From the NCBI RefSeq assembly GCF_902652985.1, contig NC_047015.1:16058001-16122000 (forward strand): a stretch of DNA of 64,000 nucleotides, in the 5' to 3' direction. The stretch is from Pecten maximus (lineage: Eukaryota). Positions 53,538 through 64,000 of the stretch are shown piece by piece. Both the position numbers and the translations under genes were made by a program. The stretch's first letter is position 1; each line of letters begins with the position of its first letter. The notes below the pieces were generated by a model, which had not been told where the DNA came from, ran no database searches, and saw only the letters and a program-made list of their open reading frames with translations.

Positions 53538-54865
53538 GTAAGTTGTAACTTCCTGTTCACATACTGATGCGGGCCATGGCTTACTTCCTGTTTATATATA
53601 TGTGTGTTAATGATATGCGCTAATGGAAATTTTCTTGGGATATTAGTTATTCAAAACTGGTATTAATGAAATAGTAATTTGAAGTTTGAGATAATTATTG
53701 TATTAAAATTGTTTTCATAGTTTTGGGTATTTGTTGATCAATGAGTTATATCCAAGATACAGAAATTTTGCAAGTTGTACCTCATGTTTATCATTTGTCT
53801 GGGTTTTAATGATTTAATTTGGGAATATAAAGTTGGTTTTTCTGGTTTAACTTTACAAATTTGATATCAGACATGTAGGATAAGACATTGTGTGTAGTTA
53901 CAAATTAGACAGATTATATTGAAAGAAATTATACAGATTATACTTAAAGAAAGCTTATTTGGGTATTTTTTCTGCAGTACATAGAAAAATAAATCTCAAC
54001 AATGGACTGACAGTATTATAAGTCTCAAAGTTAAATATCACAAGGTTTAAATTGATAAGCATGTAGTTGTAGGTCACTGTTTGCTATTAAATAGCACTAT
54101 TAGTAGAGTGAGCAGGAAATTGATTGGACTTGTCTGGAGGCTCTTTCCAGTCACCTTGATATTTCACAGCAGAGTAGAAAGGATGGATGCTATGGATTTT
54201 GTTTGGCCAGCATCCATCTGGATCTGTTGTGTAGATACAGACTATTGATTGTTAGGCTTGTAATGAGGCCCAAGTAGTTGCTAGAATTGACCATAATCCC
54301 AAGTGGATGGGAATGACCATTATTCAAGTTCGATCTGTGATATAGGACTGAGATGCCAGATGTGCCAGTGTTTGGCTGTACAAAGCCAATGTAGCTGTGG
54401 AACTGGACGAGAAAACTAGTCTATTTTTCATATACTTACTATATTAAAAACTGTTCAGATGCTGATTTACTATTTAAATGTTCTAAAAACTGTGCTCATA
54501 AATAAATTTTTAAAGAAATACTCGAAAAGAGAAATAAAAGTTTGGATTCAGAAGAAGGTGCCGATCATGATCAATTATAAAATTAGATTTCTTTGAGTGA
54601 CAAGTGAAATGATTGATGTCATAGCGATACTTTATACATGTATGGACTATTGATTGTGAGGATCAGTGGTTACTTCACCCACACAAACCTAAGTGATGAA
54701 TACTAATTAATACTGTAACCATCAAACAAACCTGGCCAGACTTTGTATTGCCACCAGGACATGATAAAAATTGATTTTACCAGGACAGATCTCCTATGAT
54801 GGAATCAGGCTTAACACTAATATAATGCCTTTCCATGATGGATTGCTAGATCAAGGAAGCTAGAA

Positions 54866-55905
54866 AGTCTGGAGGAGGTTGGTTAGTTAAGGTGGAAGGT
54901 CTGGAGAAGGTTGGTTAGTTAAGATGGAAGGTCTGGAGGAGGTTGGTTAGTTAAGGTGGAAGGTCTGATGGAGGTTGGTTAGTTAAGGTGGAAGGTCTGG
55001 AGGAGGTTGGTTAGTTAAGGTGGAAGGTCTGGAGGAGGTTGGTTAGTTAAGGTGGAAGGTCTGGAGGAGGTTGGTTAGTTAAGGTGGAAGGTCTGATGGA
55101 GGTTGGTTAGTTAAGGTGAAAGGTCTGGAGGAGGTTGGTTAGTTAAGGTGGAAGGTCTGGAGGAGGTTGGTTAGTTAAGGTGGAAGGTCTGATGGAGGTT
55201 GGTTAGTTAAGGTGGAAGGTTTGGAGAAGGTTGGTTAGTTAAGGTGGAAGGTCTGGAGGAGGTTGGTTAGTTAAGGTGGAAGGTTTGGAGGAGGTTGGTT
55301 AGTTAAGGTGGAAGGTCTGGAGGAGGTTGGTTAGTTAAGGTGGAAGGTCTGATGGAGGTTGGTTAGTTAAGGTGGAAGGTCTGGAGGAGGCTGGTTAGTT
55401 AAGGTGGAAGGTCTGATGGAGGTAAGATGGAGGTCTTGAGGAGGTGGTTAGTTAGGGGAAGGTCTGATGGAGGTTGGTTAGTTAAGGTGGAAGGTCTGGA
55501 GGAGGTTGGTTAGTAAGGTGGGAAGGGTCGTGGAGGAGTGGTTAGTTAAGGTGGAAGGTCTGGAGGAGGTGGTAGTAAGGTGCTGTGATGGAGGTTGGTT
55601 AGTTAAGGTGAAAGGTCTGGAGGAGGTTGGTTAGTTAAGGTGGAAGGTCTGGAGGAGGTTGGTTAGTTAAGGTGGAAGGTCTGGAGGAGGTTGGTTAGTT
55701 AAGGTGGACGGTCTGATGGAGGTTGGTTAGTTAAGGTGGAAGGTCTGGAGGAGGTTGTTTAGTTAAGGTGGAAGGTCTGGAGGAGGTTGGTTAGTTAAGG
55801 TGGAAGGTTTGGAGGAGGTTGGTTAGTTAAGGTGGAAGGTCTGATGGAGGTTGGTTAGTTAAGGTGAAAGGTCTGGAGGAGGCTGGTTAGTTAAGGTGGA
55901 AAGTC
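54866..55905 (+). repeat. 32/33-bp G-rich minisatellite, ~32 copies
   Basis: Unit GGTGGAAGGTCTGGAGGAGGTTGGTTAGTTAA. Confidence 0.96.
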
Positions 55906-56477
55906 TTTGCTTTAGGGAATATACTACTGATTTTAGTTTTCAGTTAAGGATTGTGATACCCTGATGCAATACATTCACTTGACAACACATTGACATCATA
56001 CAAACCTAAGATAAGGTACTATTAGAACTGAGAAAGATCCTATAAAACTACCTATAATTTTGTTATTCCATGATCAGAGGGGAGATAAAGGCCACTCCCT
56101 CACACTGACAGAAAAGTAATGATAAGAAACCTTGTAAAGTAACTAGAACGGAGCATACATGGACAATACCTGGGACTGGGGTGATCAGTGGAGACAGCAT
56201 ATACCATATATGTGAGATGCCATAATATGGGCTGGTATAATTGATAGTCTGGCTAATATGACATTGATGAATTACAGTTTGTATTGTTTTTGATGGCCAG
56301 GATGGAAACAGTCTAACCAATATAGGGGTCCTATCAGAACAGGTGTACTGTGGGAGTCTAATAAAGCTACAGCAAGTCACTCTGAATAATGCAGTGAATG
56401 GAGGATCAAAATACAGACCACAGAGTTAATTATGATGAATTTTGCTGTTTAGCTTCCCAAGGAAGTACTTCTCAGAG

Positions 56478-57020
56478 AAAACTGGAAACATCGTCATATA
56501 AAGATGTAGTTGTCACAAATCATAAAACTGGAAACATCGTCATATAAAGATGTAGTTGTCACAAATCATAAAACTGGAAACATCGTCATATAAAGATGTA
56601 GTTGTCACAAATCATAAAACTTGAAACATCGTCATATAAAGATGTAGTTGTCACAAATCATAAAACTGGAAACATCGTCATATAAAGATGTAGTTGTCAC
56701 AAATCATATAACTTGAAACATCGTCATATAAAGATGTAGTTGTCACAAATCATAAAACTGGAAACATCGCCATATAAAGATGTAGTTGTCACAAATCATA
56801 AAACTGGAAACATCGTCATATAAAGATGTAGTTGTCACAAACCATATAACTTGAAACATTGTCATATAAAGATGTAGTTGTCACAAATCATAAAACTGGA
56901 AACATCGCCATATAAAGATGTAGTTGTCACAAACCATATAACTGGAAACATCGTCATATAAAGATGTAGTTGTCACAAATCATATAACTTGAAACATCGT
57001 CATATAAAGATGTAGTTGTC
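56478..57020 (+). repeat. 46-bp minisatellite, ~12 copies
   Basis: Unit AAAACTGGAAACATCGTCATATAAAGATGTAGTTGTCACAAATCAT (period 56478 to 56524). Confidence 0.97.
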
Positions 57021-59059
57021 ATTCCGCTAAACTCCACATTACATTTGAAGAGAAGTATTGAACCATTTAAGAAATAAATCTATATATAGAACTTTATGCT
57101 AATTCACACAAGGACAGGTGTTGTATTGTAAAGTCATTAGATCTTCCCTCCAGTTGTTACCAATAGTTTCGTCCTCTCATGGTTTTTTTTATAACAATGA
57201 TGCTGGTACTCAATGTGCATCAATGTGTTTTAAACTCAATTAATATTTCAAAGGATTTCATTAAGTTTGCATTAAGGTGTCATGTTGGGCAGCAGATTTC
57301 TGTTAATGAAGAAGCATTGGTGTGTACTTGTATTCACAAGATAACCTGTTACTATTACCACAGAAAATTTTGACACATCAGCTCATTACATTTTATCTCA
57401 AAAGTATGTCGACTTGTTAAATCTCTCATGTATACCTCTGGTTGACAATATCAGCATAACATAACAGTTGCAAAATAACAATGCTGTATAATATTGTACC
57501 ATTGTTTGGCACAGCATGCAAATTGATGGGCAATAGATTGGACATTGAAGAGGTCAGATTACAGGAGTTAATTTGGAACTGGTGAAAATAAAGGAACCAT
57601 TTTCATATACATTTCGGCATATACAATTAGTTATGCTGAATTCAAAATCTTTGCTGCAGTCAACTTTTAACTAGTAAAGCTACATGCTGAATGCTTGAAT
57701 TCCACATATTTAACTTGAGCATTTCTCTGTTTTATCCCATATGGTGTTATCTGTACAGTGGACTGTCCTTATGTCTAGGTGATGGCCCCATGTTTATCTC
57801 CCTTTGTGTGTCCATTGCAACAAAATACATGCTCATTTTGGTCGCTGACATTTGTCAGTAATTATAACCATGGACTAACTTTGTCCCAAGGGATTCGTTC
57901 TCACAGTTTTCAATGGTTTTGAAAATAAACTCCAGGTATAGGATGCAAGACTCGTAAGTATCATTCACAGTCCTCCACCAAACAGGTGAAGGTACAATGC
58001 CAATGTACTTGTTACTACTGCTTCTAGAATGGAACTCTACGGTTATGGAGTCTATTACATTTGCAGCTCAAGGTGTGTAATTGAATTGTTATGTGTATGC
58101 TTGATGAAGGCAGAGTGATTATTACATCTGATGGTGAATTCACACAGGAATTATATATAGGGGTCATACATTGTAGGTAACTAAGATTAACATGATCATT
58201 TGATCAATGTGAGTTAGCTGTTAACAGGCTTCTGTGCTGCTGTGGTGTAAAACAAATTATATGGTGGGACAGAATATCTATGGTATGTCAACTGTTCCCC
58301 TGTGTAGTATGGGATATATCATCAATGACAGCATGTTGCTGTGGTGGATTGTTGTTTCAGTGACCCCAGATTATAGTGGAAACATTTTAGGATGCTGTCA
58401 ACTCCTTGCTATCACTGAGCAACAGTTAAAAAAAAACCACTGTATTGTCCAAAATCAAATCTTTCTGAGACTTAACTTTGTAAATAATAGCTATAGATTA
58501 GTATTTTCAGTATTTTTTGTTTTACAGCGAAAAATTGTAATGTGAATTCTTGGTCATTTAGATTAGCTTGACTTCTATGGAACTTAAAGCAATTAACAGT
58601 ACTGAGTAAACAGTACTTAATAAAAAAAATCTACCAAAAATAATATTGAGATATCTATCTAGGTAGCTGTGACAGGAATGGTTGGTGATAGACATGGACG
58701 TCAGTGATATGGAATTGGAATAATGTTTATTTAATAGGGCTGGAAAAACGTGGTGAAAAATGATTTGTTTGACATTTATCACTCATCTGTCTGACACTTC
58801 TACATATTAAACAATCACTGAGGCAACTGCTGAGGTGGTGCTGCGTCCACAACACCCATCTAACATCATTTGTCAGGGGTCAATAGACGTTCTAGATGTA
58901 TCTCGACTTCAGAGCTTATCCTGTAATATATCCTCTATAGCCTAACAGAAAAGGGATTACAACAGTTAAGAAAATATTTTCACAAATTACAGAAGCGTAA
59001 GGATTTAGAAAAAGCTTTAAATTGGGATCTACCGCTAGGTAAGTCTTCTTATCCCATTA

Positions 59060-59500
59060 CCTTATCGGGTCGGCTTTGGGGCTGTAATTGGCCGGCTGAT
59101 TGGATCAATGAATTTCCGTCATTTCCGTTTTTAAAAGTCGAGCCATTGTCCAGGGAAAGAATTAACTTTGATTGAACGTGTTGGAGGAAAAACAAGGTTA
59201 AATTGTTTATTGTTAATCATGCGGTATTGGTCCTTTCATTAGCGTGATCGGCCATGTATACATTTAAAATGCTGGTGTGGTCGTGAATACATAATGTATA
59301 CATTGTGTACATAAAATATTCCACATCGGAAGTAAACATCCCCTGCATTTCAATCACCAACATTATTTATACACATTATAATCAATTGTAACTCCTACTT
59401 TCCAATCTGGAAACATATAAAAATCTTCCTATAGTGGACACAATTTTACAGCCATCTAGCGGTTTTATAACATTGTTGTAAAGCCTTCGGGTTAGAAAGG
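59060..59500. promoter_or_regulatory. CpG-retaining promoter-like patch
   Basis: Dense CpGs; two reverse CCAAT boxes (ATTGG at 59087 and 59099); tandem ETS-like ATTTCCGT (59112, 59121); CGGAAGT at ~59327. Confidence 0.45.
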
Positions 59501-60720
59501 TAATTTGGGCTTGTAACAGTTCCATAATTTGGAGTGGTTTAATGCTAGGGCTGTAAGTTAGGTAGTGGTCATGTTACCTGGACAATACCTGACCAGATAT
59601 CTGACCATTTACCTGTGTATTGTCTGATAGCCCCAGCCCAACAGACACTCGGCCATTGTTAACACAGCCTTTGTTTGGGAAGGGCTCAAGAGCTGTTTGC
59701 TTTTCACCTATCTGTTCAGCCATCTGCCTTGAACACAGGCTGCCCCATTGGATGTGTGTGTGTGTGCGCGACTGTCATATAAGGAATGATATCATACATG
59801 GGAGGTAATTAATGTAATGTTTTCCTTGATGCCCCAGGCTGTTTCTCTGGATGTACTGTGTATATTTAGCTACACTGCTGACTGCTGAGAACCCTAGTAG
59901 TGACAATCTCTGTGTTTCACCTGTATCACAGCCTACCTGGCCAAGATCTCCGTTTTAATTTCATACCTTTACCTGGCTGCGAGAGTAACGAGACCATTGT
60001 ATTGCCTCTTGGTGAATGTGTAGTGAACAACTTATCGTAGTAGGAGGATACAAATCGAATGTGATGCGATGTTCTCTGACTGACACAGGATATATATGTG
60101 TGTACCTGTGGTAACGAAGGCCAGGGCAATGTGTACGTGTGTTAACACCTTAACAGCGTGTTGGCCCTTACCTGTGGGGCTGTACCTGTGGTGATGGTGA
60201 GTCTGGGCCTTGGTGTCTAGTTTCGACCTAGTTCTAACTGCTTGGGATACTAACCATTGTGTCACACCTGGAGATATATTGTGTGTCGGACTGTTACCGT
60301 GGACCTCTAGAAACATTGTTGGATTATTTCCCCTGTGTTTTAATACAAGATGTGGATGCTATTACCGAAGACTTAGTAGTGATATGACCTTTTGTGTACA
60401 AGGGATATTAGAACTGTATATGGATGTGTGTGTACGTGTCTCATAGTGAGAGGACCTGACACTAACACACTTAATACTTTGTGTACAAGGGCTTAGTGTA
60501 ATTTAGAACCTTTATTGCTTTAGTTCATTCCTCATCCATCATAGGACCTGTACTCCGTTCACTTTGGTTTACCGATCAGGAATTTTTTATACCATGCAGG
60601 CCTGTCCGCCATCTATGGCATAGCGGCCTTATTATTTCACTGTGAACCTGGTGTGACAATACAGAGAAATGAAATCAGGAATTCGTGGATGAGAACGGAG
60701 ATTTCATTTACCTTACACAA

Positions 60721-60747
60721 ATGTTGCTCACACAAATGTACCCTACG
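60721..60747 (+). CDS. Candidate alternative first exon, coding part (MLLTQMYPT)
   Basis: caaATG TTG CTC ACA CAA ATG TAC CCT ACG|GTAAGT, phase 0, within CpG-retaining DNA. Confidence 0.45.
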
Positions 60748-63339
60748 GTAAGTGTACCATATCAGGATCAAACAGGGTTTGTCTTTGCTCTTCACGTTTG
60801 GCCTAAAGAACTATAGATTGTCTAGATAAATAAAAAATCAATGTTAAATTCACTATCGTAAGTAATTCAAATAACCATTGTAGGACTGCTGTTCTGCTAT
60901 TCTCAACCACGAAAGAGCTTGTAGGAATTATCATTTTATGTTTATGTAGATTCATTATAATCTTTTTTTCCAAATCAAAGCATTGTATCAAAACATTCAA
61001 AAAAGTAAATATTTTCATTAATTGTTGACAAAGATTTTGGTATCCACTTAATCAGTTTGGTAAACAATCTTAGAGATATATGTATGTGTAAGATGTTTAA
61101 TTAAACCCACCAGTATAATGAATATTGATACAAGCGTGTGGCACAACAATGGATGTCTATGCGTCACTGACTCGGTGGTTGTTTGTGTACATTCAGATCT
61201 TTAAATCATTCAAAGGCTTTTTTCTGTCATCCTTATCAGACTTATAACATAAGAAGATAGTTTCGGGTCAAACCATATCCATGATAATCTCTCATTGTAG
61301 ATGGTAGATATACAGCCAGGTGGTTAGATTTTAAAGTTACAGTTATTCATATATAATGCTATTCCTTCAATTGAATAATCCTCAATATAGATTTCAAATA
61401 ACAACCCCCTCCCTCCTTGTTTTTACTCCTCCATTTTCTGTTCCTGGGGGAAGAGGAAAAAACAGTGGATTAGCAATATCAGTGATCTTTTCTTGATCAG
61501 ATGTAAATCAGGTAGTAAGTAATTGGTTTTGAATAATTAAGTAATAAGATTTTAATAATCAATTGATGATAGATTTCTTATTCAAATCAAATAGCTGATA
61601 GAGACTATAACTGAATGGGTGATTGATGTTTAAATTAAATTGTACTCTTTGTTTAATATGATATCATCCATATTTGATGAGTTTGTCACAGGGATTTGTA
61701 CATGAGGAAGTACATTTCCAGGCGGTGTACGTAGAGCAGTAATTTTGTGGCGTATATATCTATAACATTTACCATAGAAATGTTTTGCCTCTGGCCCTCT
61801 AGATCTCTTGACAGCAGATAAATGACACCAATGGTGACCATCTATAAAGGTCCAGTAATTAATGACCTCAGCCCACTGATGGTCTGTAGTGGTATATAAA
61901 CAGCCTGGGGTAACTTCTCATAGGCTATAAACATATGGGCCTCTGACTTGTATATAAATTTGTAGTTTTGTATTGTCGAGATATACTCTCACATGGAAAG
62001 TCAGATTATACATATATGGCCTACTAACTAGTATGAAGTCATGAATCAACATATTTTAGGAGAAATATTTGTGTGTTACACTTTAAGGTATTGTGATAAA
62101 TTATGTGGAGCTAACAGCAGCTTTTGTTTACTATGAGCTAATTATTTTAGGGAGGCTTACACGTGTAAAATACATGTCCTAGAGTCCTGAGAGTTTGGTT
62201 TTTACATCAACAACCAATTCACAAAGGTCAAAGGTCATCTGTGTCATTCAGTGCTTCTGAATGACCATTACCAGTTTAAAGTCTTTGCATGTACTTTAAC
62301 ACTTCAATGAAAAATACCAATGAAATGACTGAAAGTAATAGAATTCACACAGAAATATTGTTACTTCACATTGGGCTTTTCGGTCTTAGGGCAAAGCTGT
62401 CAAGGTGAAATAAAATAAAGAATTATCAAGGTTGTAATATTTCAAATGTGAGAGAGACTCAACACATGTAGGAACTAATACCGCATTCATCTTAGGGTTC
62501 AAAGGTCAAAGATTATGACCACATTACTAAGTGCATGTATATATAAATGCATTCCAGACCAATTTTCACCTGCAATTAACAGTTTGTAGACATCACTGAT
62601 GTGATGACCTCTTAGAACCTTCAAACTTTTTGCAAGCATGTTGTGTTTTGACTTGACACACTGATACATAAAAAAATATAATCAGATAAACAGATTGTGG
62701 GCGGTAAGATCATGTTTTACATCAGTAGATAATTTTTGGGTGTTGGGTTAGAATGAAGTGAGAATTAGCTTACAACTTACTTCATTAAATAAGGAAGTCA
62801 TGGATTGTTCAGTTTTATGCCATCGAAACACCTGAACCTCTTCCACACCTGTACACAGGTGATGTTCCCCGAGGTCACAACAAGTTACCTGCAGTTGTCT
62901 ACCTGTGTAATTTTCTTGTACTTCAGTTACTTTCTCTGCGTGGAGTTGTACCTGGTCGTAGGTAAAACGATAGGAAACATAATGTGTGTTTATACCGTAG
63001 CCCCCAGCCTGGTTATTCACTGTTAGGAGGGGTGACATCAGATTTAACATTTAACATGAATATAGATGCGATCAGCTACCTGATTTTGTCTATGTTATAT
63101 CCATTGTTTAGACACTTCTTCTTTAAGAGAAATTTCAATACAGCACAGAATGATATTTGATGTCTTAATCATCAAACTCATATCTGATAGAAAGAAGGAT
63201 ATCTATTTAGCTACTTGATTGAAAATTCTACGTTTGGATGTAAGCGTTTTAAATGGCATACTTTACATACATTATGGAAGGCAAGATCTTTACATCAAAG
63301 GACACATGGACATAGAGGTTCAGAAACCAGATAATGATC

Positions 63340-63832
63340 AACTTTCCCTCTGACCTATACCGTGGCTTAACTTTCCCTCTGACCTATACCGTGGCTTAAC
63401 TTTCCCTCTGACCTATACCATGGTTTAACTTTCCCTCTGACCTATACCGTGGCTTAACTTTCCCTCTGACCTATACCGTGGCTTAACTTTCCCTCTGACC
63501 TATACCGTGGTTTAACTTTCCCTCTGACCTATACAGAGGTTTAACTTTCCCTCTGACCTATACCGTGGCTTAACTTTCCCTCTGACCTATACAGAGGTTT
63601 AACTTTCCCTCTGACCTATACAGAGGTTTAACTTTCCCTCTGACCTATACAGAGGTTTAACTTTCCCTCTGACCTATACCGTGGCTTAACTTTCCCTCTG
63701 ACCTATACAGAGGTTTAACTTTCCCTCTGACCTATACAGAGGTTTAACTTTCCCTCTGACCTATACAGAGGTTTAACTTTCCCTCTGACCTATACAGTGG
63801 TTTAACTGAACCTCTGACCTATACAATGGTTT
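63340..63832 (+). repeat. 29-bp minisatellite, ~17 copies
   Basis: Unit TTAACTTTCCCTCTGACCTATAC(CGTGGC/AGAGGT). Confidence 0.96.
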
Positions 63833-64000
63833 TCCCCTGAGATTCAGTTTACTTTGAACTTTGATAATACTTCAATTACTTGGTGAATGTAATTATTAAA
63901 TACAAATGTGTAACTATGTGTTTCTACGTGTGTGTACAATTTATGCCCTACCACACACCAGTACAGATATACCTAGTGAGGCCTTGTCTTAGCTTGACAT

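Larger units (their letters stand above)
11296..64000 (+). other. Very long first-intron region, containing candidate alternative first exons
   Basis: Starts with GTAAGT; no convincing phase-0 internal coding exon found downstream; unique sequence is CpG-depleted and filled with repeats. Confidence 0.5.

Noticed and set aside
59786-62966. Further first-exon candidates ending at 59804 (GTAATT) and ~62961 (GTAAAA)
   Set aside because: The donors are weak and phase 1, incompatible with the phase-0 set.
104-63050. Remaining 60-105 aa ORFs in the track
   Set aside because: Their lengths and compositions are what random AT-rich DNA gives; many start with TTG/GTG and none shows a recognisable domain.
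713-63832. Regularly spaced 23-46 bp repeats as CRISPR arrays
   Set aside because: The units are head-to-tail with no unique spacers, there are no cas genes, and the context is eukaryotic.

Overview
This is AT-rich animal genomic DNA, not prokaryotic: there are no operons, long ORFs, rRNA/tRNA genes or CRISPR arrays. The repeat families present suggest a bivalve mollusc such as a scallop (inference). Roughly a third of the window is made of about 15 mostly unrelated minisatellite arrays with 23-69 bp units, and these produce nearly all the long ORFs in the track. The best-supported gene feature is a + strand first coding exon at 11104-11295 (64 aa, strong start context, GTAAGT donor) at the end of a CpG-retaining region. 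It is followed by >50 kb of CpG-depleted, intron-like DNA. Two later CpG-retaining patches (~53.2-53.6 kb and ~59.0-60.8 kb) contain short ATG-led, phase-0, GT(A/G)AGT-ended segments, which suggests one large gene with several alternative promoters and N-termini whose shared exons lie beyond the window. Interspersed elements include a tRNA-derived SINE with TSD, a hAT-type MITE with an 8-bp TSD, several Helentron/DINE-1-like (HINE) elements, a long-hairpin element with an internal terminal-complementary motif, and a 24-bp palindrome flanked by 7-bp direct repeats. I did not find a clearly novel multi-gene system. The gene is not identified, and copy numbers are estimates from span divided by unit length.
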